NCBI GenBank assembly: GCA_963807605.1
Contig: CAWECG010000001.1
Location: forward strand, 352,001 to 416,000
Length of the DNA: 64,000 nt
Direction of reading: 5' to 3'
DNA from: Candidatus Bathyarchaeota archaeon
GTDB taxonomy: Archaea > Thermoproteota > Bathyarchaeia > 40CM-2-53-6 > RBG-13-38-9
The notes below the pieces were generated by a model. The model made no database searches. It worked only from the letters and a program-made list of their open reading frames with translations, and was not told where the DNA came from. Within the stretch, counting starts at the first letter, position 1, and each line of letters opens with the position of its first letter. This document shows, one piece after another, positions 1 through 9,604 of this stretch. Position numbers and translations under genes: made by a program.

Positions 1-145
1 CAATTTCCAGAGCTCGCACCAGTAGTACCACACACAAAGAAATTGTTAGAACGACGGTTCAAATTCAGGCGCTCGCACCATTGATGCCACACACACCACA
101 TTTTTCGACCGAACGACGACGGCTCAAGTTCACTCGTCTACACCA
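1..145 (+). repeat. Three tandem tRNA-3'-like CACCA sites (1-21 cut by window edge, 56-80, 121-145) with CA-rich tails
   Basis: GGTTCAAATTCAGGCGCTCGCACCA and GGCTCAAGTTCACTCGTCTACACCA are both 25 nt; period 59-65 bp. Confidence 0.8.
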
Positions 146-201
146 AAAATAAGACCGCAAGTCTCTTATTCGGAGCTCTCAACTTCATGACCGGTTGATC
201 T

Positions 202-738
202 GTGACCATGACCAATGTTCTAAATAATGTGGACCTTGACAAGATTGCGCAGACAGTTGCAGGCGGGAAGAAAGACAAAAGCACCCTTAGGAAGCCAGTA
301 AAACTGCAAGGTGAATGGAACCTAGATCCCGCTAAAGGCTACCAGTTCAAAACCGAGCTGTCATACGAGAAGGGCAAACAGGTTATTGAGATAGATTCTC
401 CTTCGTTTATGGGAGGATCTGGGAACAGACTCGGTCCAATGGCGTATTGCGTAGCAGGCGAAACGTCGTGTTTCATTGCCACGTTCGCAAGCGTTGCAGC
501 AGAACAAGGCATTAAACTGACCAAACTGGCAGTCGATGCTCAATGCAGCATCAATTGGGCAAAATCATTCGATGTAGCAGATGAACCAATCAATGAGGGT
601 ATTAGCTTTCAGATCGACGCGCAGAGTGATAATGCAGACAAAGAGCGACTTCAAGAGATAGTGAAGATGACAATGGAGCGATGTCCAGCAATGTACAGCA
701 TGACCCATGTGATCAAGGTTGATGCCCGAATCAAGTGA
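202..738 (+). CDS. OsmC/Ohr-like family protein
   Basis: DSPSFMGG..GP, SCF and RCPA cysteine motifs. Confidence 0.8.
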   Translation: MTMTNVLNNVDLDKIAQTVAGGKKDKSTLRKPVKLQGEWNLDPAKGYQFKTELSYEKGKQVIEIDSPSFMGGSGNRLGPMAYCVAGETSCFIATFASVAAEQGIKLTKLAVDAQCSINWAKSFDVADEPINEGISFQIDAQSDNADKERLQEIVKMTMERCPAMYSMTHVIKVDARIK

Positions 739-842
739 ATGATGTCGTTACTCTGCCACAGATCCCTCCTCTCGTCTTCAGTTTTTTTGGTTCTGTTATT
801 CCCCACGCGGGTCGAGTGGTGCGCGCACTCACGAAACTATGC

Positions 843-931
843 GGTTCAAGTTGGGTGGGCCGCACCGTTGAGAACACACACAAAATTGTAACCCAGCAGT
901 TCAAATCCGGATGCTCTCACCAAGATGGCAC
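843..931 (+). repeat. Two tandem tRNA-3'-like sites (843-867, 898-922)
   Basis: GGTTCAAGTTGGGTGGGCCGCACCG; AGTTCAAATCCGGATGCTCTCACCA. Confidence 0.85.
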
Positions 932-1123
932 TGTAAGCGAAACGCACGGCTTCGGATGTCTTGCGTCCGAACATCACGTTAAGTTTTGAAAGGCCGAAGA
1001 AAAAGGAATCATTCTTGTCGATCAGGGTAAGATCGAGGCGGTCGGGGAGCGCCCCCGACAAGATCGAGCTCACTTCCAATCCGCCGAAACCCGCACCCAG
1101 GACAACCACGCGGAGCCCATCAT
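923..1123 (-). pseudogene. N-terminal fragment of an FAD-dependent sulfide:quinone oxidoreductase/NADH dehydrogenase-2-like protein
   Basis: VVVLGAGFGGL Rossmann motif and LTLIDKND; similarity stops at the CCA end of the repeat site. Confidence 0.7.
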
Positions 1124-1435
1124 GATTTATCTCCTTTTCAGGCAAGATTCTCTTAACCGTCAGGTAAGTCTGGGTTATGTTGCAAATAAGGGCTTCCAAT
1201 AGCGGTCGATGGCAGTCACATCCCGCTTAACGAATAGTTCTGTCACCGCCTTTAGTACCAGATCTCTGTTGTTCATTTGGATTTCCTCTAGTTCAACTAT
1301 TCGGCATGTTCCTGCTGGGTCTTACTTTGGCTTGTAGGCGGGTGTGAAGATGGCGTGGGTTGGGTAGATTTCTACTTGGGGGTCCCCTTGGATCCCGATC
1401 TGTTTCATGCCTGACATAAGTCTGGTCTTGACGAA

Positions 1436-1466
1436 GTCGTCGTCGCTCACCATCTATAGCACACAC
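1436..1466 (+). repeat. CTCACCA-core site with (GTC)n left arm and GCACACAC right arm
   Basis: GTCGTCGTCGCTCACCATCTATAGCACACAC. Confidence 0.75.
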
Positions 1467-1760
1467 GCATCCGAATCTTCTATAGACGTGAAACCTGAAA
1501 ATATTTAGAACCAAAGTGGATAATGCTGAGACGCGCGCGCGATGCGAAGAGGGCCTGATACGACGTAAGTGGTGGGACAATGATGCAATATAACGCACGC
1601 TCATAGTCATATCCTAGGTTACGCTAAATTTCGACTAGCACGCGAGTGACAGGATAGACCTGAGAAAGCGGCTGAGGCTCCAGCGCTCACTAAATTTAAA
1701 TCCAGAATAGTTGTATTATAAACACCTGCAACTGTAAGCCGCCTTAGGGGGATCCACAAA

Positions 1761-2120
1761 ATGGATAAAACGAAGCACGAACCCACAGAGAAAAAGCAAC
1801 CAGAAGCTACGCGCTTGGTAATATTCTTGCCGGGAATAGAGAGATCGACTGAGAAAACACTTCGAGTCGCCGCTGTGACCGACGAGGGAAAGATCGATAC
1901 TACCAGAGATGACACCGTGGAACTCTCAATAAACAATGAGGGTCGCATGCGCTTCAAGGACTCATCAAAAAATACGCAACTCAAATTGATTAATGGAGAA
2001 GCAAATGCGACGGTTATATCAGATCAGTCACATGGAGTCTCAATCTTCAAAGCCAGGTGGATAGGTGGGAAGACACCCCTTCAGCCAATACAAGTAACTT
2101 CTATCTATGTTCCTGGATGA
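1761..2120 (+). CDS. Hypothetical protein
   Basis: 119-aa ORF, TATA-like TTATAA upstream, (GC)4 run just downstream. Confidence 0.55.
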   Translation: MDKTKHEPTEKKQPEATRLVIFLPGIERSTEKTLRVAAVTDEGKIDTTRDDTVELSINNEGRMRFKDSSKNTQLKLINGEANATVISDQSHGVSIFKARWIGGKTPLQPIQVTSIYVPG

Positions 2121-2140
2121 GTATGTTTTGCAGCGCGCGC

Positions 2141-2320
2141 TTTACGTAATTTCACATGATCTTACACAAAAAGACACAACTTTACACACATAACCCAAAG
2201 AATTTTTTTTGTATTCAAAATTGTGTGTTTTTATGCGTTTTCACATAAAACTTTCCTTACCAATACTGTGAAATTATGTGTCCAATGTTGTAAAGTTATG
2301 TGGTTTTGCGTATTGTATAG
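2141..2320. repeat. 10-bp-phased repeat array with inverted halves around an A/T centre
   Basis: AC at 2144, 2154, 2164, 2174, 2184; centre CCAAAGAATTTTTTTT; TGTG units in right half. Confidence 0.6.
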
Positions 2321-2538
2321 GTGCTGTCTTACTGTGCCATGGTCATTACCGTGGACAACATCGAGAAGACGCTATTAGTGCCATGACTCCCTGTACTGTG
2401 TGAGCGCGCGCGAAATATTTCCAATGTGTATAGAGACCCTAATGATCATGCTAGCTTATCCATAGAATGTGTGCCCTAATGGTTGCCATTCATCATTAGA
2501 AACTGATAGTTAGAGTGATTCACGCCTGAAGATCTGAG

Positions 2539-2584
2539 GCGAGCTTTAGCGAGCAATATTGTGTGTGCGCACCACTAGACACAC
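2539..2584 (+). repeat. Degenerate S-module plus CTCACCA-family site
   Basis: GCGAGCTTTAGCGAGC..GTGTGTGCGCACCACTAGACACAC. Confidence 0.65.
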
Positions 2585-2662
2585 CTTCCTTGCCCCAGAA
2601 ACTAATACCTGCCTTACGCTATGGCAACTGTTAGATATCCTTGAACCGCAGAACAGCAGTTT

Positions 2663-3859
2663 ATGAAAACTCGATTTAAAGCGGTTCTAATAATTCTCTT
2701 CATCGTCACAGTACTATCAGCTCCAGTTAAAGCCCAAAACGTAAACCCATTGACTCCGTACGACATACGGGCCGCGTATGATGTGAACCCATTACTTCAA
2801 TCCGGCTACACTGGAAAAGGAGTAACCGTCGCCATTGTTGGCGAGAACATTGATGCAACCTACTATTCAGATGTGAACACGTTCAGCAGCAAATACGGAT
2901 TGCCACCCGCCAACATAAAGGCGGTCCAACCATACGCAGGCACAGGAACCGGTAAGACAGATGAAATAGCAGCGGATACGGAGTTTGTTCACGCAATGGC
3001 TCCTGACGCGAAAATTCTGCTTGTCCTAACTGGATCACAAAGCACTCTTAGGGGATTCTCCTACGTTATAGATCATAATGCTGCTGACATAGCGACGATG
3101 AGTTTTTACTGGTATTACTGGGGTAGTGGCGCTAGGGACACGGTTCAATCCTACAATCACGAATATGCCAACTCGGTTCGCAAGAAGATTACACTGATCT
3201 CCGTATCTGGTGACTTTGGATCTAACAATACTGTTCCTTGGGATCCTTCAGGAACTTGGAAAGGCGACTTCTGGGCGTCGCACCTGCCTAACGCGTATCT
3301 GATGCCTCAGTATAGTCCGTACGTCACGATTGTTGGAGGCACTGCTCTAACCTCACAGTCCAGTAATTATTCAGAAGTGGGGTGGAGTCAAAGCGGTGGA
3401 GGCCCAAGCAATCTATTTGCTGAACCAAGCTGGCAGAAGGGTCCCGGAGTTCCGCAGAACCACAGGCGCAATATTCCAGACATAGCGCTTGACGCATCAT
3501 CTAATACTCCCTATGCGTTCGATTGGAATGCAGATCAAGAGACTGAGTTCTGTGGGACTAGTGCGGCTGCACCAATATTCGCAGGGATTATGGCAGATAT
3601 TGATCAGGCTGCTGGAGGGCGAGTGGGCTTCCTGAATCCGCTACTATACTCGATTGCTTCAACAGACCCATCTGTATACCGTGATGTTACTTCAGGGTGT
3701 AGCTTAGTACAGGTAGGGTCTACCAATCAGACTGGATACTGTGCCCAGCCTGGTTGGGATTTCGTCACTGGCTGGGGAAGTATTGACGCATCTAAACTTG
3801 CGAGGCACCTTGCTCCGCACGCCAATATCTCTTACTTCTTGTCCCCAGTTCTTATCTAA
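2663..3859 (+). CDS. Secreted S53 (sedolisin/kumamolisin) family peptidase, C-terminus probably truncated
   Basis: Signal peptide, E-x3-D (EIAAD), SGD, GTSAAAP, GWDFVTGWGS. Confidence 0.9.
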   Translation: MKTRFKAVLIILFIVTVLSAPVKAQNVNPLTPYDIRAAYDVNPLLQSGYTGKGVTVAIVGENIDATYYSDVNTFSSKYGLPPANIKAVQPYAGTGTGKTDEIAADTEFVHAMAPDAKILLVLTGSQSTLRGFSYVIDHNAADIATMSFYWYYWGSGARDTVQSYNHEYANSVRKKITLISVSGDFGSNNTVPWDPSGTWKGDFWASHLPNAYLMPQYSPYVTIVGGTALTSQSSNYSEVGWSQSGGGPSNLFAEPSWQKGPGVPQNHRRNIPDIALDASSNTPYAFDWNADQETEFCGTSAAAPIFAGIMADIDQAAGGRVGFLNPLLYSIASTDPSVYRDVTSGCSLVQVGSTNQTGYCAQPGWDFVTGWGSIDASKLARHLAPHANISYFLSPVLI

Positions 3860-4177
3860 CCACTTACTAAACGGCGCATAGAGTTGCGATTCCTCCTCCA
3901 CAATTCCAAGATCCTTAGCTAGATATTCTTGCGGCGCAGTTGATGCTTGTTTTAGCCATATGCTTCCGCCACGGCCGCGTCCGGTCTCAATTAGATTCGC
4001 CTGTTGTAGTTCGTTTACAACTTCCCAGTAAACTTCTTCAGGCCACTTCTCGTTCATGTCTTCAAGGAGGTCACGCAAATGAATGTTCCCGATGTGACCA
4101 ATCGGCGCAACTTTCCTTAGAAGCTGAAGTAGTACCTCCCCATTCCTAGAGAGTTTCCGCTCTGGCTCCGCTGCCAA
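3820..4177 (-). pseudogene. Winged-helix-like N-terminal fragment of a probable restriction-related protein
   Basis: LIETGRGRGGSI and EEESQLY motifs; collides with the S53 gene at GCACGC 3817-3822. Confidence 0.45.
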
Positions 4178-4337
4178 GATGAGTCACCACGCGGTAATAC
4201 AATGCCCCATTTCTTAGGCTTTGCCCCACCGGACTAAAATGGAACTTGCCATGAAATTGAGCATACTCAATTCCACCCGGGAATTCACGGGAGCTCATAG
4301 AAAGTAGATCTCAAATGTCACCTTGGCACATTAGCTG

Positions 4338-5348
4338 TTGGAGGCAGCTAGGATGAGTGTTGGACTAGTTCTGGAGAAATGCATACAAGTGTTCGGATCG
4401 GATGCCTTTGTGGAACATGAGAAGATATTCAGTGAACACCTCGCATATGCGCTTTGGTCTGCTTATCACCAAGGATTGCCCGAACCCTCTCTAGTCCAAA
4501 CTGTTGAGAGTGTAGTTAACCACCTCAACAACCTGACCATTACAAACATCAATCCTCATTTTGAGATATCGACAAAATCAATCTTCATTCATGGAAATAG
4601 GTCTCAGGTGAAATTTGACTACTGCGGAGAGACAATTCAAAGAGAGTTAGGGGATTTGATATTCATTGTGTCGATAATACTTGGTCACCAAAAATTCTTT
4701 GAAAAATTCACTATTAATCAATTCAAAAAAGATAACTCTAGATCAAAAGATATCTCATGGGATATTCGTAACAAAGGTCAGCTTTATTTGCTGTCGAGAT
4801 TTCCTAGATTCTCAGGAGCCACGGGGTCCCTGATTCCCCCTAGGAGATACACACTACGTAATATCTCCGGTTGCCTAGGCTCCTATGGGCTACTTCGCAG
4901 GCCGGGCGACATGGTTTTCACTAGTGCCTCCAAGCTCGATTCGATTATCGGTCTTCGAAATATTGTGAGAATAGGTGAGTTTGGTGGCTTGATCAGTGAG
5001 ACTGAATACCCACCTTGGTACATGCCATATCCATACCCTCACATCTTTCCGAATTACCATTATGCAGCAGATGTCTTCGATTTCTCACATAAACACTTGA
5101 TAATGGGCATAGGGGAGCCAACATTCATGAGACTAGGCAATTACAATTCGCAAGCTAGACACTTCCTTCATGAACTATTATTGGCAACAATAAAGAAGAC
5201 GGCCATAGAGACCGACCTAACAAAAGAATACTTCGACTATGATTATGTGGACAGCAAGGGAGAATATGGTCCCAGAGACAATTCAGAATTTGAGCCCGAA
5301 GGGGGAGATATAGGAATCATTAGTACTCTAATCAAGCTTGGAGAATAG
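4338..5348 (+). CDS. Hypothetical protein, putative PD-(D/E)XK-like nuclease
   Basis: RELGDLIFIV...INQFKK pattern; 336 aa; likely start ATG 4353. Confidence 0.5.
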   Translation: MEAARMSVGLVLEKCIQVFGSDAFVEHEKIFSEHLAYALWSAYHQGLPEPSLVQTVESVVNHLNNLTITNINPHFEISTKSIFIHGNRSQVKFDYCGETIQRELGDLIFIVSIILGHQKFFEKFTINQFKKDNSRSKDISWDIRNKGQLYLLSRFPRFSGATGSLIPPRRYTLRNISGCLGSYGLLRRPGDMVFTSASKLDSIIGLRNIVRIGEFGGLISETEYPPWYMPYPYPHIFPNYHYAADVFDFSHKHLIMGIGEPTFMRLGNYNSQARHFLHELLLATIKKTAIETDLTKEYFDYDYVDSKGEYGPRDNSEFEPEGGDIGIISTLIKLGE

Positions 5349-5514
5349 ATCGGACACATTTGGTTCGATCAGAGCATGAATGATTACCACTAAACATGCC
5401 AGAGTTACGCATACCGAAGAGCTCTAGCAAACGTGTTTAATGAGTAGAAACAGTTTGGAGAATATTTTCGCTCCGTGATAGACAGAGCAATTCTATTATC
5501 TTCCCCTTTAAACA

Positions 5515-5900
5515 GGTCATGTTTTGTATGCTATAGTTTGTTTCCTTTGCGCGATTTGCAGCTGGTTTTGTATTAGTTTTGTTTGTCTTTCTTGGGGGCA
5601 TGTCTTTACTACTGTTTATATTCCGTACAGGATTTTCTACTGGTTTTGTTTTCTTATTGATTGTAATGTTTAGGTAAGCTTGCTAGTGTGTTTTGTATTG
5701 TAGGTTTTCTGTTTGCTGTATATGGGGGTTGGTTATGCTATACCTTGTTTCTTCTTCCTGTGAGCTAGGGTAAACTAAAAACCCTGTAAACTATACATAA
5801 CATAAACCATAGAAACCATAACCCACTAACCTTCCACCTGCCGCAAACTGGCCAAACTGTTGCAGATATGCTCTGGCGGCATAGGGAGCACACTATTATG
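5515..5900 (+). repeat. Long non-coding element, copy A (T-rich arm, AAACCA-phased arm, degenerate S-module)
   Basis: Colinear with 19380-19760 (TTTTGTATTAGTTTT; AAAC-ATACATAACATAAACCA-AGAAACCA). Confidence 0.75.
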
Positions 5901-5922
5901 GTGGTGCTAACCGGCTAAGGTT

Positions 5923-6348
5923 CTATGAGGGTGTTTCAAGTTTCGTTCTTATGCTCTTTGCCAGATCAATTAGGAATTGTCTATCAAAGAAATCCTGCTT
6001 TATTGCTTCGTCTAGGAGTTGCAGCAGAGCGTTCTTTCCTATCATAGGAGCAAATTGACCGTATTTCTCCTTCCCCCCTATCTTCACCCAGTATGGAAAC
6101 CAAAACTCGTTCTTGTCTGAGGACGGGGAAATTTCCCACTCTAGCTGTACGATCGTAGGCATGAACTCAACTTCTCCTGCTTGTTTGCTATGACAGAGCA
6201 CTGGCTGTTTCAGCTTGGCAACCTTCTTGACGCAATAATTACCCCAGTATCTCGCTTTCCTTCTCTGCCCCTCAATTATCACTACAATCACCGCGCAGCT
6301 GATGCGATTCTCGACAGAGAAAAATGTTGTTAGGGGAAGTGTATTCAA
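5923..6348 (-). CDS. Hypothetical protein (true start probably near 6290)
   Basis: Globular-looking ORF (EFWFPYW..KYGQFAP) between two S-modules. Confidence 0.6.
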   Translation of the reverse strand: MNTLPLTTFFSVENRISCAVIVVIIEGQRRKARYWGNYCVKKVAKLKQPVLCHSKQAGEVEFMPTIVQLEWEISPSSDKNEFWFPYWVKIGGKEKYGQFAPMIGKNALLQLLDEAIKQDFFDRQFLIDLAKSIRTKLETPS

Positions 6349-6352
6349 TCCT

Positions 6353-6435
6353 GCGTGCGTAGCGAGCAGTTATCATTGGTGGTGGTGGGTGGTGTGTCCC
6401 TTGGTGAGAGCATCCGAAATTGAACCGTTAGGCTC
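6353..6435 (-). repeat. S-module, (GGT)n, AGGGACAC arm and tRNA-3'-like site (6402-6426)
   Basis: Minus strand reads CCTAACGGTTCAATTTCGGATGCTCTCACCAAGGGACACAC. Confidence 0.9.
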
Positions 6436-6440
6436 TACTT

Positions 6441-6767
6441 TTAGCGCGCGCTAGAACGCACGCGTCTTCTTGGGATACTCTGGTATTCTCTAGACAATTT
6501 CCTTAACTGTCTTATGAGGCTGCCAACTTTCTTTTTTCTGAGTTTGTCTTTTCCAACTGTTTGTTGGACAATCTCTTGGAGGTTGTATTTGAGGAATTTA
6601 CTTATCGAGAGGGTGGGATTTTGTTCGACAAGTGCGTGGAGAGCGCTGTCAACTATGATGAATTTAGCGTCTTTTTTGAAAAGGGGATGCATGACTGAGT
6701 CGATCATCTTGTTTAGCTGGCCTTTCGAGTAAGTTCTACCTTGTGTTTCGTCAGCCAAGAGCAACAC
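6441..6767 (-). CDS. Hypothetical protein, C-terminus runs into a (GC)n run
   Basis: 108-aa ORF ending RVRSSAR* at 6444-6451. Confidence 0.4.
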   Translation of the reverse strand: MLLLADETQGRTYSKGQLNKMIDSVMHPLFKKDAKFIIVDSALHALVEQNPTLSISKFLKYNLQEIVQQTVGKDKLRKKKVGSLIRQLRKLSREYQSIPRRRVRSSAR

Positions 6768-6810
6768 TATTACCTTGACGTTCCTGGCTCCTTTCTCTGA
6801 TTAAGCCGCC

Positions 6811-6968
6811 TTATGTCTCATTCTGTCTTGCCATGTCCTGCTATGTTCCACATGTCCCACGTGTCCCAAGTACTTTTTAGATGATTAAAAAAATCTTTTT
6901 ATGTGTAAGAGTCTCCGGTTTTCATCAGATTCTAGTGTCCCACTGTCCTCATTGTCCAGATTGTCCCT
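6811..6968 (+). repeat. 9-10-bp-phased TGTCC repeat array around an A/T centre
   Basis: TGT at 6814, 6824, 6834, 6844, 6853, 6862 and 6936, 6944, 6953, 6962. Confidence 0.65.
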
Positions 6969-7326
6969 GTGAGAGGTTATGCGCGCGCGTACGAAAACTA
7001 ATCTTCAACTTAAGAAAGAAGACGACCACAAATAGGCTAGCTACCGGCAGCTAAATCTAGAATAATGATAGGCGAATGGAGGGGCTTAGTGTGTGCTATT
7101 CTTACAGGCACGCTGAAGGTTTTGTATCCCGGCTGAGCAAGCAAGAAAGACTGCTGCAAGAAGAGAGGAGAGTCTAAGATCTTGCCCAATAGGGAATCTT
7201 TCTAATCGTATGACAGAAAGCGCTAAGTTTTGTCCTAAATTGGCAGAGCGATTTCGATAAAACTGTTAAAAACATTCAAGCCATCCGTTGAGGATCGACC
7301 GGCTGTTTCGATAGGTGGACAAGCTC

Positions 7327-7470
7327 ATGATTGGTGAAAACGTCTGTGTCGAGTGTGGAAAGCGGTTTGTGCCCCTTGCTGAAGGGCAAAGAATCTGCGA
7401 TGAGTGCACTCAAATGGACGATTACATAATGGCCCGAAGCAACAGATGGTGCAAAAACTGTCTGCCGTGA
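7327..7470 (+). CDS. Small Cys-rich zinc-finger protein (47 aa, below ORF-track cutoff)
   Basis: MIGENVCVECGKRF..ICDEC..WCKNCLP, three CxxC. Confidence 0.55.
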   Translation: MIGENVCVECGKRFVPLAEGQRICDECTQMDDYIMARSNRWCKNCLP

Positions 7471-7520
7471 ACCCAGTAACCGGATGAAATAAACGCTAAC
7501 CCCTCATCTCTCTCGCGCGC

Positions 7521-8646
7521 GAGCTTCTTGCAATATTATATTTTCTGTGTTAATTTTGTGAACTGGATTGGTGACCGCATTTTATCGATGTGTCCGTGCT
7601 TGATCGCGGATAAGGCAGTTGCCAGTAGAGCCAGCAGACAGAGAAGTACATGTGATATGACGTTTCTTAGGCCGCGTGTTCGAAGCTGAGACAATCCGAA
7701 GTGTGTCTTGAGTCTTGAGAATGTTCTCTCCACTGAGGATCGACGTTTATACAGTTGTTTCAGACGGGCAGGTCCGTGTGAGCGGAACTTCCGGTCGATT
7801 CGTAGAACCTGTTTGCCCTTCATCTGGTTTCTAGGGTAAGGTATGATTGGTTCTATGCCCATAGATCTTGCCTTGTCTCTGAAAGCTTCGCTGGAGTATT
7901 GTGAGTCTGCAGTCATGCTCTTCCACCTATGTTTCTTCTTCAATGCTTTATGGAGGAGGTGGGGTGCAACTTTTTTCTCATTTACATTTGCAGGTTCTAT
8001 GGTGACTGCCCGCGGCATCTCGCTGATGGTGTCTACAGCAAGGTGTATGCCGTAGCCTAAGATCACGTTTCTACCTTGTTTTCGTAATCTGGCTTCAGAA
8101 TCGGATAATCCACACTGGGTATTGTGAGGATCTCTTCGACTGTAAGCTTTGATGAATGTGACGTCTAACGCTAGGATTTCAGAGTCCAGAATGTCCATGT
8201 GGTCAAGCTGTTTGATCAGACGGTTCATGAGGCGGTGAAATCCTTGAGGGCCTATTCTACGTCGAAACCTCAGAAGTATTGATGGGTGATATGGATTCTC
8301 TGATTCCTTGATGTCGCAGAGTTTGCAGAGTTCACCGTCGCTCCATAGAAGTCGGTATAGTTCCTCGTAGCTTTCTATGTGTCTTAGCCGTTTGACAAGC
8401 TCTGCTTTGAACATTCCAAGTAAATTTCTATGGGGTCTGCCGACGCTGCTTCTTCTTCCATAGCTTCTTTCTAAGACTTGTTCTACAAACGTTAAATCCA
8501 AAGCCTGAAACAGATCATACAGAGCCTTACACTCGCTCACTTCTTTTTCACCAGAAACGGCATGAGTGGGTGTAAAGCTCATCGATCTTATGATCAAAAA
8601 CACGTATACATCTTCATGTTAAGCCCAAGAATATTGCAAGAGGCTA
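7521..8646 (-). mobile_element. Insertion sequence, IS5/IS1182-like, 1126 bp, copy 1
   Basis: Terminal inverted repeats AGCYTCTTGCAATATT; GCGCGC on both sides; same length and ends as 29542-30667. Confidence 0.92.
7536..8603 (-). CDS. DDE transposase (DUF772 + DDE_Tnp_1 type)
   Basis: ALDVT, ADSQY, YKRRSSVERTFSRLK motifs. Confidence 0.92.
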   Translation of the reverse strand: MFLIIRSMSFTPTHAVSGEKEVSECKALYDLFQALDLTFVEQVLERSYGRRSSVGRPHRNLLGMFKAELVKRLRHIESYEELYRLLWSDGELCKLCDIKESENPYHPSILLRFRRRIGPQGFHRLMNRLIKQLDHMDILDSEILALDVTFIKAYSRRDPHNTQCGLSDSEARLRKQGRNVILGYGIHLAVDTISEMPRAVTIEPANVNEKKVAPHLLHKALKKKHRWKSMTADSQYSSEAFRDKARSMGIEPIIPYPRNQMKGKQVLRIDRKFRSHGPARLKQLYKRRSSVERTFSRLKTHFGLSQLRTRGLRNVISHVLLCLLALLATALSAIKHGHIDKMRSPIQFTKLTQKI

Positions 8647-8688
8647 GCGCGCGATTACAGATATTTCATTGTGAAAATTGAATCCGCG

Positions 8689-9147
8689 CTAAACCGTCTC
8701 TTCACCAATTACTCTGGTCATTCCGATTTGTCTTGCTTTTCTTACTACTCGTAAGCGTCTCCACCAGTCACGCAGAAAGGTACCTTGATAATCGTATGCC
8801 TTAGCGCGCGCGTGGTCTATTCCTAGGCCACGGAATTCTGCTCGTAACTTCAGAACCGTGATAACCACCTTGAGGGCCTTGCCTCGAGCAGGCGTACCAA
8901 CCTTCTGCGCCTCATAGTTCATCCAGGCAGCGGTCAGAGCCTGATCAACCTGAAGCAGAACTTCCTCACGGACTGATGGTGTCGCAAGTGCGTGGCGGCG
9001 GGCTCGCTCAGCTTTGACCCAACGCTGGACCGTCTTTTCACTAACACCAAACCTCTCAGCTATCCTCGAGGACATCATCTTGAACAGGGCAAGATCGAAA
9101 GATTCCGCCTGCTTCGCTAGGTCAGTGCCCCACTTTGTTCTGGTCAT
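8689..9147 (-). CDS. HTH protein, possibly phage/plasmid-derived and chimeric
   Basis: SRIAERFGVSEKTVQRWVK helix-turn-helix; internal (GC)n run at 8804-8812. Confidence 0.55.
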   Translation of the reverse strand: MTRTKWGTDLAKQAESFDLALFKMMSSRIAERFGVSEKTVQRWVKAERARRHALATPSVREEVLLQVDQALTAAWMNYEAQKVGTPARGKALKVVITVLKLRAEFRGLGIDHARAKAYDYQGTFLRDWWRRLRVVRKARQIGMTRVIGEETV

Positions 9148-9355
9148 CTCTGAATTCTACCTTACAGGAGCATGCGGAATCAATTAGCGCTCCGATTCAG
9201 CTTATCGGCGCACGCTTCTACTCCCGATTCTTGGTTCGTCCGCAGATCCGATTATCGCTTAAATGACTCTGGGAGCCGAAAGCCACCAGATCGTCAAAGA
9301 CATCTATATATAAGTAGTATTCTAGTATACCACTTTGTGAAGAAGGCTCACCAGT

Positions 9356-9604
9356 ATGAGCGACAAACCACTATCCGGGATCGCTCTCAGAATCCTCCTA
9401 GTCATAGAGACCGGCGAAAGAACAACCTTCAACCAACTAAGACGAACCCCCAAGCAACCCGACGGCTTCAACCCCCGAACCCTAAGCAAACAACTCAAGG
9501 AACTCGAAAAAAAGAGGGCTCACCCAGAAAACCCCCCGAAAAGTAAGAGGAGGAAAACAATACCACTACTCCCTAACCAAAACAGGACGCAAGTGGCTAG
9601 ATGA
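9356..9604 (+). pseudogene. Winged-helix (HxlR-like) regulator, degenerate C-terminus
   Basis: TFNQLRR..FNPRTLSKQLKELEK. Confidence 0.5.

Noticed and set aside
1-145. CRISPR array
   Set aside because: Only 2-3 diverged units, spacers are themselves similar (CA-rich), copies are dispersed on both strands, and no cas genes are present.
6402-6435. Canonical integron attC sites
   Set aside because: GCCTAAC resembles an R'' box, but there is no paired GTTRRRY with a long imperfect hairpin and no IntI in the window.
9340-9360. Isolated (C)TCACC hits, such as 9347 and 4184, as members of the site family
   Set aside because: They lack arms, and TCACC is the complement of the archaeal SD, so only armed copies were counted.
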